Shown here one piece after another: positions 23,005-34,698 of a stretch of DNA of 43,254 nucleotides. The DNA lies in NCBI GenBank assembly GCA_012862495.1, contig BLSG01000214.1, forward strand, positions 29,311-72,564, in the 5' to 3' direction. Below the pieces are notes generated by a model. The model was not told the origin of the DNA. It saw only the letters and a program-made list of their open reading frames with translations, and ran no database searches. Within the stretch, counting starts at the first letter, position 1. Each line of letters begins with the position of its first letter. The stretch is from Thraustochytrium aureum (lineage: Eukaryota). The translations under genes and the position numbers were made by a program.

Positions 23005-24697
23005 NNNNNNNNNNNNNNNNNNNNNNNNNNNNNNNNNNNNNNNNNNNNNNNNNNNNNNNNNNNNNNNNNNNNNNNNNNNNNNNNNNNNNNNNNNNNNNNN
23101 NNNNNNNNNNNNNNNNNNNNNNNNNNNNNNNNNNNNNNNNNNNNNNNNNNNNNNNNNNNNNNNNNNNNNNNNNNNNNNNNNNNNNNNNNNNNNNNNNNNN
23201 NNNNNNNNNNNNNNNNNNNNNNNNNNNNNNNNNNNNNNNNNNNNNNNNNNNNNNNNNNNNNNNNNNNNNNNNNNNNNNNNNNNNNNNNNNNNNNNNNNNN
23301 NNNNNNNNNNNNNNNNNNNNNNNNNNNNNNNNNNNNNNNNNNNNNNNNNNNNNNNNNNNNNNNNNNNNNNNNNNNNNNNNNNNNNNNNNNNNNNNNNNNN
23401 NNNNNNNNNNNNNNNNNNNNNNNNNNNNNNNNNNNNNNNNNNNNNNNNNNNNNNNNNNNNNNNNNNNNNNNNNNNNNNNNNNNNNNNNNNNNNNNNNNNN
23501 NNNNNNNNNNNNNNNNNNNNNNNNNNNNNNNNNNNNNNNNNNNNNNNNNNNNNNNNNNNNNNNNNNNNNNNNNNNNNNNNNNNNNNNNNNNNNNNNNNNN
23601 NNNNNNNNNNNNNNNNNNNNNNNNNNNNNNNNNNNNNNNNNNNNNNNNNNNNNNNNNNNNNNNNNNNNNNNNNNNNNNNNNNNNNNNNNNNNNNNNNNNN
23701 NNNNNNNNNNNNNNNNNNNNGTGGAGGAGGACTGCATCCCCGGAACCTCGATTGGGCTCTGGTGAGCCTGTAGCTGCATCAGCTGCGAGCATCGGCGGAG
23801 AGGGACGATGCGCAAACCCGACAGTGGGCCTGCATGCAGATTGTGACGTCCTTCACGATCTGCAGGTGCGGCAGCGCACTCAAGAGGGGGCAGGCAAGTA
23901 CTTCTAGATCGATCGGTTCGTGCTGCGGACCAGGGTTGCGTTTGAGGATGTGGCCACCAGGTCGGCGGCTCAGTCGGACCTCGCCAAGTCAAACCGGAAC
24001 CCTAACTGAACCTAGCTCGAGAGCTGTCATGAAAGTATCCGTTGGGGAGCAGGACCTGCGGCTGTTGAGGAAGCTGGCTGCTGGCGGGTTTGCGTGATGG
24101 CAACGACGCCGCCTTCGGTTCTCAGATGCTGAATCCTGTAAAGGACAGGTTGCAGAACGCGAGCTGCGATGAGCACCCTGAACAGACTCCCGCCTTGAAA
24201 CCCAAACAAGGTGTTTGCGGTGAATGGGTAAGATGGCTTCGTGGTGAGGTTGGTTTGCAAACCCTGTGGACCCAAAAATGGGCGTATGTATGTACTCGAG
24301 TAATAAAGGAGCTATTTCAACGCACCTAAGAGTCGTTCATCCGCTTGCAGAACGGCTCGCTGGATGGATGGTCACATCCAGGGAGACGCGCGGCAAACCA
24401 CACAGACCAAACGTACATGGATCGAGGCACGCGGACCAGTCGTGCATGCACCAGAGGCACATGAAACAGAGGCGCAGGAGACAGACGCATACGGACCAGC
24501 AATACTACCAGGGCACTGCAGCCGATCCAGCCGGTGCAGGGTTGTGCGCAGTCCCTGTTCGCACTTGAGTCGAGAGGCCGCAGACCAGCAACAGGCACTC
24601 GCGACTGCTGGTCCTAGTGTCGTCTAGGCCGCGCCCTGCGGTCCTGCCGCCTCAGGCGCTGCGCTGTGGCTTTCTATCAAGCGTTTGGGGCGCTGAG

Positions 24698-26185
24698 ATG
24701 GCCCGCTCACTCGCTTGGCGCGTTGTGCTCGGCACGGCCGCGGCCGTGGCGCTTGGGTCCTCTCCAAGCCACGGCGGGCTAACGTTTATAGGCAGCAGCT
24801 TCTTGGAAGACTACGGCATCAACCTGACGGCCCCCAAGCGAAGACATATGACCGTCCAAGAAGGTGTGCGCGTCGGCGAGGTCGAGCACTTCACGGCGGA
24901 GATCTCAGAGACGGTCTGCACAAAAGTCACACCAAGCGAGATGGAGTGGGTAGGCCTCCAAGAGCGATTCCGCGGAAAAATACTTTTGCTCGAGAACGGC
25001 AGCTTCGACGTGCGACGGTGCTTCGGCGACTCGCCGCGTCACACAAGTGTCGACTATATGGTGTCATGGTGCAACCTGAATGCATCAATTGTGTTCATCG
25101 TCTCGAACGTCCCAGGTCTTTTCGCCAACGACCACGACGGCATCAAATATCTCGAGCTTCGAAATGATCATCCGGTGGTTGACGAATGCTTTTTCCTGGA
25201 GATGCAAAGTAGCCAAGAAACAACAGCCATGCTCAGCGCTCTGGACAAAGCGGTGGCCCTTGGCGAGAACACCACCGGGGAAATTCGCGTCGATGAGATC
25301 CCATGCGACGCTGTCTTTGGCAATGGCTTGGTGCAGTTCTGGATGCGGGGCGTCCTGGGTTTCGCGCATCTCTTTGTGTCTGTCCAAAGCTTTCTCGCTT
25401 TGTTTTCGGCCTCCCGACGGCAGGCCAACCAAACCGTCTCGACGATTGTGCTTCTCTCCAACTGCTTCACACTGTTGATCCTTTCGATGGCCCTCTTTAA
25501 CGGCGGCTGGAGAATTTCAGACGGCATCTCGCACGGCCTAGCAAATTTCCTGCTGCCTGCGTTTGTCGGCGTGCACTGCGCTAACGATTTGCTCTTGGCG
25601 CTGCGGTGGAGCGAGATTAAGAACGATGCTCTCGTGCTCGCCGGCTCGCGAAAGACGGAGCAAACCACGTGGCGGGCCATGCGCCGCAAGGTTATCATCG
25701 GCCTTGCGCTTTTCACGATCGCGGCTGACATTTCGGCTTCGGCTATCACGTTGCTTCTCACCGATGCACTCGCGATCTGGCTCATCATCATCCCGTCCAT
25801 TTTCGCTATCATGCAGCTGGTGACAATCTCTTACCTGATAGCTCAGATGCTCGTGATGATACGGCTCTTGCGCAAGATTAACGTTGCGTGCAGCACGGCG
25901 TCCGTAGTCAACCAGGCCCAGCTCTCCAAGGTGGCGGTTCAGCGCATGCTGGTGCTTCGGGCTCGTTTCTGGGTGATCGTATCCATAGTCGGAACTGTAC
26001 TCTCGCTCGGCACATTGGCAAGCTTTGCCTTTTCGAGTGCCCATGAGCGAACATGCTCGGCCTGGGTGCTGCACTGGTCGGTTCTTTTTGTGTCGCAGCT
26101 CATGAGCTGCGTCGCGCAGATCCAGGTATGCAGTCCATCCAAAGCATTGTCAGCAAGTCAGCGTATATCGCCACCCCCAAGGTGA
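24698..26185 (+). CDS. Signal peptide + PA-like ectodomain + 7TM protein, paralogue C
   Basis: MARSLAWRVVLGTAAAVALGS signal peptide; FRGKILLLENG; CFGDSP..SVDYMVSWC; PGLFANDHDG; FWMRGVLG; NGGWRISD; LLALRWSEIK; CSAWVLHWS; VAQIQVC. Confidence 0.82.
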   Translation: MARSLAWRVVLGTAAAVALGSSPSHGGLTFIGSSFLEDYGINLTAPKRRHMTVQEGVRVGEVEHFTAEISETVCTKVTPSEMEWVGLQERFRGKILLLENGSFDVRRCFGDSPRHTSVDYMVSWCNLNASIVFIVSNVPGLFANDHDGIKYLELRNDHPVVDECFFLEMQSSQETTAMLSALDKAVALGENTTGEIRVDEIPCDAVFGNGLVQFWMRGVLGFAHLFVSVQSFLALFSASRRQANQTVSTIVLLSNCFTLLILSMALFNGGWRISDGISHGLANFLLPAFVGVHCANDLLLALRWSEIKNDALVLAGSRKTEQTTWRAMRRKVIIGLALFTIAADISASAITLLLTDALAIWLIIIPSIFAIMQLVTISYLIAQMLVMIRLLRKINVACSTASVVNQAQLSKVAVQRMLVLRARFWVIVSIVGTVLSLGTLASFAFSSAHERTCSAWVLHWSVLFVSQLMSCVAQIQVCSPSKALSASQRISPPPR

Positions 26186-26460
26186 TAGATTATTCAAGGA
26201 TTTGCATCGGCGTCGGCAGTCTGAGCGTGGGCGCTTCAGCCCTCGATGAAGAGTCAGGTGAGTAGGGTAGCGTATGGACGTACTCCTTACTCTACTCGAG
26301 TATGAAGATACTCGAGCGCAACAAAGAATCATCACGCCGAGCTGGTAGGCAAGCAAGTGACAGCTATTTCAAGAAGGTAGAACAAACTAACTGTAAAGCA
26401 ACGACGCATGACGATGCGGCTCAGGTTGTGTCGCTCCTCTCAGGCTCTCTCGAGAGCAAG

Positions 26461-29400
26461 CTAGAACGAGTAGCTAATGCTTGCGCTCGACAAAGGTACG
26501 CCGGCGCTGCTGTGTAGTCGGGCTCCGGCCTCCGCAGTCAAGTGAAGAAGAGATCCGGGGCAATGCAGGGCGCAGAGCTGGGCCAGCAGGGCCGTCGCGC
26601 TGTGCCTCGCAGTGTCCGAGTCCTGGCTCGTCGCTAACTCCACAAGAGGCTTCCGCAGCCGCGCAAAGCTCTGCGCATCGATTTGCTTGGCAGCCAGCTC
26701 GAGGCGGCGGTCCTCGAGCCCCGAAGACCGGCTTCCCAACGTTGCCAGCCTTAGCAAGAGGGCCCGTACAAGGTCTTGTCGGTTGTCTTCAAGCGCCATT
26801 CGCAAATACGTTGCGACGTGCGCCGGCGAGTCGCTCCGCAGGCCATGATGGTACACAATTTGAGACAGTGCGTGAGCCCGCTTGGTGCCACCTGGTACCA
26901 CGAGGACGTGCTCCCCTGCAAAGGCCGCCACAACACGAACAAAAACACTATCTGCAAAGGGGCTCGAGCACACGACGCACGTTGCCGCCGACAGAAAAAA
27001 CTGGTTGATCCGCGCCCGGCTCGTGGCAGAAGGCCCTTGGCAGCGATTGCCCCTTTGCTCTTGCTTGCGCCACTCTACGCAAGCCCGTAGAAGAGCCTCC
27101 GCGCGGGAGAGCGCAAACTGGTCGGTGGCAGCTTTGCTTGAGCTTGCTGCCGCAGATTCGGCTTCGCTTGGAAGCAAGGACGCTGCGAGGAGCACAGGCA
27201 GCGACTCCAGTTTCCGCACCGCAGCCGCAAACACGCCGAGCTCACCAAGGCGGCGCGTCAAGCAAATATACTGCCGCCGGCAGGTCGATCGCGCGTCTTG
27301 ATCCAGGGTAGCACACATCCACAAAAGCACCAGATGATCCAACAGGTCGCACAGGGGATACGAATCCACGCAGCCGAGCTTGGCGCACGCGTCGAGCAAA
27401 TCGGCTGCGCAACGCATCGGAAAGCTCCGAACAAGGTCTGAATTGTCTGCCCTATGCCACCCAGCAACATTCATGGCAAGGTTTTTCAGTTCGGCAAGCC
27501 GCGCCGCGCCGGCGTTCTGGCGAGGTGCAAAACGCAGCGCGAATGCTGTCGCCCAACCCGCGACAGTGGTCCCGACACAAAGGGCCTGGGCACGTTTTCG
27601 CGCATCTGCCTGGCTGTTGCGCAATCCTGAAAGCAATTCCCCCACTTCATCCCGCGCGTTCAAGAAGAACCACTCGCGTAGCAGCAACAATGTCGAGGGA
27701 ATACACGGATCTACAGCTTCGAAGACCGGCCGCAGGAGAGGATCAACCTCTGCTCGAAGGCTTTGCATAGCTGGGCCGGTTCGCAGTCCATGCACTGGCA
27801 ACAACTGAAAGCGCCTTGTCACGCTCAGCAAGCTTTGCAGCCTGCACCATTGCGTCGACGTCGACGCTGGCGAAGAACTCGTCGTCGTCGNNNNNNNNNN
27901 NNNNNNNNNNNNNNNNNNNNNNNNNNNNNNNNNNNNNNNNNNNNNNNNNNNNNNNNNNNNNNNNNNNNNNNNNNNNNNNNNNNNNNNNNNNNNNNNNNNN
28001 NNNNNNNNNNNNNNNNNNNNNNNNNNNNNNNNNNNNNNNNNTTCCGCCTCCTCTTTGTCGCCTGCATCAACCTCACGGCTCGAGTTGGACACAACGCGAC
28101 TTGCCTCGGTCACAGAGCCAACAGGTACACCGCCGGATGCTTGGCATGTCGTTCGCTCGCCTTGATGGACTGGAGGAGCCTGAAACTCGATGAGGTGCCC
28201 AGTTTCGTCGAGCGCTTCCACAGGGACTAATGCCGGGAGTTGCTGGGGGCGTTCCAGCGCCGCTGCGAGGACGCCATGAACCATGATAAGAGCCGCAACC
28301 GCGCACTGTGGCTCATAACGCCGAATCCAAGGCACGTCGAAGACGGTCCGAAACGCTGGCTGGACAAGGGCGAGGGTGCTCCCCAACGGAGAGTCGAGCG
28401 GAGCAGCGCCTTGGCCGGCGGCGGCTCCAGATGGCGAGGAGGTCTTCAACAGCAGACCAACCGCTGCCAGCCCAGCGGAAAGCAAACGACGCTTCTCAGA
28501 GGCGAGCGCGCTGGCCAACTCGACGTCTGTTGGGCTCGCCGCGCCTGCAGCTCGGGCAGGCCCGAGCTGCAAGGCGCTGACGAGCTTGTCCAGTGCGGCA
28601 CGGAGGTCCTGCCCTGCGACAGGAAGAAGCTCAGCGAGCACAGTTCTCGTGTTGCCAAGTGGGCGTCCTTGATTCAAGAACGCAACGCCAACCTGCACCG
28701 CCCCTTGGAGAACAATGCGTCGCGCAACGGTGTCACAGGCCTCGACATCCACGAGGCTGGCGAGCTGCCTGTCCAGTTTCTCCAAAATGCCAGAGATACC
28801 TGGCTGGAATGGGCCCTGAGAACCTGCGATAAGCTCCTCGCACAGGCAAACAAGTAGCATAGTCGAGTTCCACAAGGCTCTGTGCGATTCGATTCCTGCG
28901 CTGACCTCAGCAAGGGCTCCCGCGCCGTGCACTTCTCCGGTGCGACCCTGCGCAGCCCGCGCAAGTGCCTGTAAGACGCGTCCTGAACGGGATGGAGCTG
29001 CCGCAGTGGAGACGCGCTGCCGTGTCCGAGGCAAGCCCTGTAGCATCGAGGCAAGGTACCGTTTTCGCTCGACCGGCGTGGTGCAGCTGCGAAGCTCGAG
29101 CGCCGCCAGGCGACAGATCGCGGGCGCGTCTTCTATCGGGGACTGCTGCTCCGTCAACGCGCTCTCGGAGCGTTGATGCCGAGTGCCTGCCAAAATGGCC
29201 GACGGGCGAAACGCGTGGTCTTGGTTTGCAGCAGCCAGAACGTTTTTCCACCAAGCGGGAGCGAAGGAGCGCGCCGCCGAGGGGTTCCAGGTCTTGCAAA
29301 GAAAGTAGACGCGCTCCACGAGGCGTTCGCAGTAGTCTGAGAGGGATACCGTCTCCGCATTGCGACAGATCCAGGCGACTGCGCCTGTCCAACGCGCAGT

Positions 29401-30805
29401 GGAATCTGCAGCAGCAGCAGCAGCGGCAGCAGCAGTGCTGGGGGTGTAAGGGGGACGTTTCTAGGATGCGCCCCACTAGAGCCCACCCAGGATGCTCGCA
29501 AGTCGTTGGTTCGAGCGTGGCTTGGCTGCCAGAAAGTGCATTGGCCGTGGTCACGCTCCAGAAAACGAGCTCCCATACGAACTCACTCCACTCGAGCGCT
29601 TCGAACGGAGTGATCTTGCTGCGATGTGACAGCTCCGGCGCTATTTCGCTCCGCGTTTTGCATGTTGCCTTGGCACGCCGCGCGAAATGCAGCCAGCGCC
29701 TTTGCTACGAGCAGATCCTGCGACTCGGCGCTTCCGGGCGGCTTTGAAGCCTGGATGAGGAGTCGGACCCGCCCAGCGGCACTGATGCTGGGCTGGCTCG
29801 GCTTGCGTAGAATGCCAGGGTGCACCGCCGCGTCGAGTCCGGCCCAGAACAGGGCCGGGCCACCGCATCTTATGAGAGTCTTCGCGACCTGGCCCCAGAG
29901 CTGTTTGTCTGCAAGGCAGAGAGCGCCTTGGGCGCCTGCGAACTGTTGCACAAGGTCGGAGAGGAGGATTAGGCCGACCAGGGCCTGCAGGTAAACGCCG
30001 TCGTCGCCGTCGCCTCCCGGTACGCTGACAGCGGGAACGAGGGCCCAGGCGAAGGCCTCTCGCCAGCAAGGCCTCCACGGCCGCTGGGCAGCTAGTGCTA
30101 GGAGGCTTCGAACCAGCACACCCCGCTCCCGAGCCTGGCTCTCGCCAACTTGCGAAGCCGCTTGCGAGACCTGCTCCAGCAGCCTCGCGGGAGCTTCGGC
30201 GCAACGGTCGGAGCTTGGGCGGCAAACTAGGCTGCCTACGAGTCTTGCAAAGCCTGTTTGCGGCATTTGCGCGTTGGCGCTGGGGCTGAAGACAAGCCAA
30301 TCTGGCGGGTCCGAGCTCGGCGCTGGAAGCAGCTCGGCATAGTCTTGGAGACCGCGCAGCGGATACGCTGGTGGCCTCAGAGGGCATCCGAGAGGTTGCG
30401 CTTCTGCGCTCGCGTTCGTCGACGTTTCGCGCATGCGCTGTTCTGAAGCATCCAACGAAGCAGAATTTGACGAAGCAAAGAGCTCGCCTAGCGTTCCCGC
30501 TCGACCCGCGAGGCGCGGGACTTTGCGCCGCACATTGAACTCTGCGAGCGCCTCCCCGCGCGCCATCCGCTTTCGACCAGATAGGAACGAGCTCGATTCC
30601 CTCTCCCCAGAACGGGAGTCGCTGCCTCTGGAGGGTTGATGGGCGCTCGGGCGCTCGGGCGTGTATTGCCTTTCGCGCTGCTCGGAAAATCGCTGCAAAA
30701 GGCTCTCTACAGACTGCACGGCAGCTCTACGCTCGGCCTGAAAATCTTGGTCCTGGAGTAACTCGTTGCGGATTCGTTTTCCTAGGGTCCATCCGCGGCG
30801 CTGCA
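26461..30805 (-). CDS. MMS22L/Mms22/Mus7-like helical-repeat protein, broken by several one-base frameshifts (~29650, ~29442, ~27770) and gap 27891-28041
   Basis: Stitched reading gives CLADKQLWGQVAKTL..ALFWAGL, EFVWELVFW, PGWALVGRIL, DYCERLVERVYFLCKTWNP, RRIVLQGAVQVGVAFLNQGRPLG and an acidic DDDEFF loop. Order and character recall MMS22L/Mus7. Confidence 0.55.
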
Positions 30806-31048
30806 NNNNNNNNNNNNNNNNNNNNNNNNNNNNNNNNNNNNNNNNNNNNNNNNNNNNNNNNNNNNNNNNNNNNNNNNNNNNNNNNNNNNNNNNNNNNNNN
30901 NNNNNNNNNNNNNNNNNNNNNNNNNNNNNNNNNNNNNNNNNNNNNNNNNNNNNNNNNNNNNNNNNNNNNNNNNNNNNNNNNNNNNNNNNNNNNNNNNNNN
31001 NNNNNNNNNNNNNNNNNNNNNNNNNNNNNNNNNNNNNNNNNNNNNNNN

Positions 31049-33793
31049 AGGCGAGTCAAGAGCGCTCGTTGGGTTGCGGGTTGCCCCCATTGCGAGCGTT
31101 TTGTTCGGTCGTTGCGCTCCGGTGCCAGAGCTGTCTGACGCAAACCCCTCAGACTCTTCAGCCGCTTGAAACGGCCTCTCCAGGGGCCCGTGATGGCGCG
31201 CGCGTGAGCTACTGTCGAGCCGGTCTAAAATGACGTCGAGGTCCTTGAGCATAATCTCGGCTCTGGAGCCGCGCAACTCGCCAAACCGATCAGATGCGGC
31301 GCGAACCTTGCGGGCGGTGGCCTTGATCGCCTTTGAAGCCTTCTGCGGGTTCGATTCGAGGAGCACCAAGGCCCGGTCGGCTCGACGCGTTAGGCTGTCA
31401 AGTTCTGCAGCAAGCTGCCCAACACCGGCGTTGCCATCAGCCGCCCCGTGCGCATCAGGGAGCACGACCCGTTGCGGCCGCCGAACATCGCCGCGCTCGA
31501 CGCGGTCTATTCTGTGGTTGGAATGCCGAATGTGAGTTGCGCGACGATGCCGCCGCGGAGGAGGCACGGGACCTGACCGCGCTTTGCAGTTGCGAGTTGT
31601 AGAGCAGAGCGAGAGCTGGCGCCGCTGTGGCTGTGAGATCGAGCGGGGGCTTCACTCTGGCTGGTCCTGGTGTCGGAGCGCTGCAATGCGATCCCTTGCG
31701 GCGCGGAGGAGTCGGAGCTGCTTATCTCGCTTTCCACAAGCTCGCGCCTTCCGTCGCCCCGAATAGAGGCGTCCGACTCCAAGTCGCTCTGGTCGTGGTC
31801 CTGCCAAGAGGACGCGGTCGGGCTTGCTCTTGAGGCTCGCGTCAAGCCGGCCCGGAGCTGCTTGACCACCTTGGTGACACGGTTGTCGTGGTCGTGGTAG
31901 GCGTTCTCAAAGGCGAGCATGCGGAGCTCGGACACGCCAAGGTCCTCCATGCGACGCAACACGACGCGTGAGACGTCCAAAAGGCGGCGCTGAATTCCGC
32001 TTTCGACGACCCGCGATACGGATTGCAAACGAGCCTTCGCCGCGCGTTCGAGCCCCCCGCAGGAGATGGCCTTCTCGACTCGGCCCAATCGGCGCTCGAG
32101 CTTGGCTTGAACGAGGCCAACCGCTCGCACGCACGATGCGGCGTCCATGCCCATGAGCTTTTGGTAGTGGGATTTTGTCATCGCGTGCGGCCGCTCGGCG
32201 AGGTCCTGCTCGTCCCATCCACGCACAAAGTCTCCGTCGAGGTCCAAGTCGGCCGGCCTGCCGTCACGCCTCGCGATTTCTGCGCCTGTTGCTTGAGTTG
32301 TGGATTGGTCGTCGTCAGAGCCCGACTCGCGCGAGACGAAGGAAAAGCCGTCGCTTGCAGCGCCTGCATCGTCAACGTCGACAACATTCGCCGGCTCGCG
32401 AGCTGCTGGATGCTGTGTGCTGGACGGTCGCGCGGCCGTTGTTCGCGGCCCCGAGCAAAGCGAGGGCGCAGAGCTGCTCGTACTGTCATCGGACGAATCG
32501 ATAACAAGTCGACAGCGGCGACCCGCCTTTCTGAGTCTTGGGCCGGAACGCGCAGTCTGCCACGTGCTGGCACGGCGTGCCAAATTTCGCGATGGAGGCG
32601 GCCGATCAGGGTGTTCGTCGCTTGAGGAATCGTCAATGGCAATCAGCGCGCTCTCCAGAGCCGCCTCTGCCCGCGCTTCGCGTGCGCCGGGTCGGTGTCC
32701 AGTTCGCAGAGCTGCAGCAGAAGGGCGCGTCGGCTTTCGGCGTTCGCTTTGGTCGCTCGAGCCACCTTCTTCTGAGAGCCACGCCTCGTCGCGGGCTGCG
32801 GCGCGATCTGCGCGACTTGCGCCACTGCTACTTGATCCACTGCTCGAATGTGGAGAGCGAGACGCCCGATTCCTTGCGGAGGAGGCGTCGCCATTCCGCC
32901 CCGATCGCCTCGCGAGGGCGCCCATGCTGCTCTCGTCGCTGTCGTTCGTAGCAGAGTCAGTGTCGCGCCTGGCGCTGCTCGCGCTGTCGTCATCGAGCGA
33001 GACTTCCATCTCGGCAAACGTGTTGTCGACGGAAATTGCTCCGCGCTGCGCCGCCGAAACGAGCTGGCGGCGAAGCGCATCTTTGCGGGCCTTGATGGCT
33101 CCGAGCGAGAGGTCAGCATGCGATGCGCCGGCCTTGTCGATTTCCAGTAGTAGGCTGCTTTGGAGCCCTGACGTCCAAGCGCGCGCCAAGGGGGTACCTG
33201 CAACAGTTTGACGCTGTGGCGGAGGAAGTGAACGTATTGGCGTGGGCGGACCTCTCGCGTCGCAGCGTCTTTGGCTGGAAGGGGACCGACCAGCCCCCTT
33301 TTGAGGAGCCGTTTCAGTTTGGCAGTCACGGCGCGGTCGAACTTGAGGCTTAATGGGGTCCCCATGGCCCCGTTGGCGGAAGCGCGGCGGGTCTCTAGCC
33401 ATTCCTCGCGCGTGCAGGCGGCGCGATCTTCTGAATGCCGAGCCGCCGGGTCAAAGTCGGCGTGCGCCTTGTTCTCCAGGTAGTAGTCGCGGCACTGCCG
33501 ACCAGTGCGAGCTGCCCCAGACACGCCGCAGGAAATGAGTCCCCACTCCCTTTGCCGAGCGGCCAGTTGTTGGCCAGCAGCGGCGCGACGAGCGCGGCCA
33601 GCGATGCGCGCTCGGTCTCGGAGAGCGGTCCAAGGTTGCACTTGCCGCTCACTGTGAAAAAGAACAGGTAGGTTCCAGGGTCCCTCCTACGAGCCAGCCA
33701 GGCTTGCCGCTTCCTCGTCGACCAGGTGCGGAGCTCGCGCGCCGCTGCGAGGTCGAGCACCCGCTGCTCGGCAGTTCCGCAGTGGCCTTCCAT
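31049..33793 (-). CDS. Myb/SANT-like domain + long Ser/Asp/Arg-rich disordered region; probably the 5' part of the same gene as 26461..30805 (frameshifts ~33549, ~33192, ~31530)
   Basis: RKRQAWLARRRDPGTYLFFFT...GPLSETERASL...NWPLGKG/EWGLISCGVSG.RTGRQCRDYYL has a Myb-like helix-turn-helix pattern. Overlapping ORFs chain down to gap 30806-31048, and the reading frame is open on the far side of the gap. Confidence 0.5.
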
Positions 33794-34698
33794 CCCTTAG
33801 CAAGCCCGTTTCCGCGCGCAACTCTTTCGGGCATTGCTTGCAGGAGCGCGCCCCTACTCGCCACGCCCGACGCCGCCGGGGGCAGCTCCGCTGGCCTCCT
33901 GCGACACGTGACCGCGGCTTTGGGCTGCTCGCTCGCTTGCCCAAACGCGTTCTGCCAGAGCTCGCTCGCGCTACCGAGTCGGCGATTTTTTTTGAATACC
34001 ANNNNNNNNNNNNNNNNNNNNNNNNNNNNNNNNNNNNNNNNNNNNNNNNNNNNNNNNNNNNNNNNNNNNNNNNNNNNNNNNNNNNNNNNNNNNNNNNNNN
34101 NNNNNNNNNNNNNNNNNNNNNNNNNNNNNNNNNNNNNNNNNNNNNNNNNNNNNNNNNNNNNNNNNNNNNNNNNNNNNNNNNNNNNNAAAAAGGCGCTGTC
34201 ACGGTGTTTGGGCTCGCTTGCCTGCTCAGGCTGGTCGTGGCTTCGCATGCTTGGCGACGGAGGTGCGTGCCTGTCCCTGTCCCTGTCCCTGTGGGAGGTA
34301 GAGTATCATCATCAAATACTTGCCACGGACGTCTCGCGGCAAAAGCCCGACTTTCGTCACGTTTTGCTCAGTCTGGGTTCTCGGTCGGTGCTCGAGTACA
34401 GTTCGAGTAATTCTGTTTTGTCGCAGACCTCTAGGCCCCATGCGCATAGTCTGGGCCCTCTCCAGCGTGGAGCCTCAGAGGAGCAGTGAGACGGCCCACA
34501 CGGAGCTCTGCACCTTTCCGAAGCGCCCATGCAGGTTCAAACTTCAAAACCCTTGCGCATGGATGCCAGCGACCTGCAGCGCACAGCAACGCCAGCCGGC
34601 CCCGAGTGCCGCTGGCAATGCGCCACGCGTGACCAACGCGCGCAAGGCAAAAAGCAAATGGAGAGTGGGCCAATTCATTTTCTACACGTTACTGACGT

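Noticed and set aside
20334..23907. Long + strand ORFs 20334..21740 and 21715..23907
   Set aside because: Antisense to the FAAP100-like frame, Ser/Ala/Arg-rich, and lengthened artificially by N-gaps
11743..26185. 7TM paralogues as rhodopsins, signal-peptide-peptidase-like proteases or insect-type gustatory/odorant channels
   Set aside because: No Lys conserved in TM7 across all three, no YD/GxGD motifs, and the cleavable signal peptide implies N-out topology, opposite to insect OR/GR channels
29400..29440. (CAG)n tract read as poly-Gln, poly-Cys or poly-Leu
   Set aside because: In the frame continuous with the MMS22L-like ORF it encodes a poly-Ala linker; the other readings are off-frame
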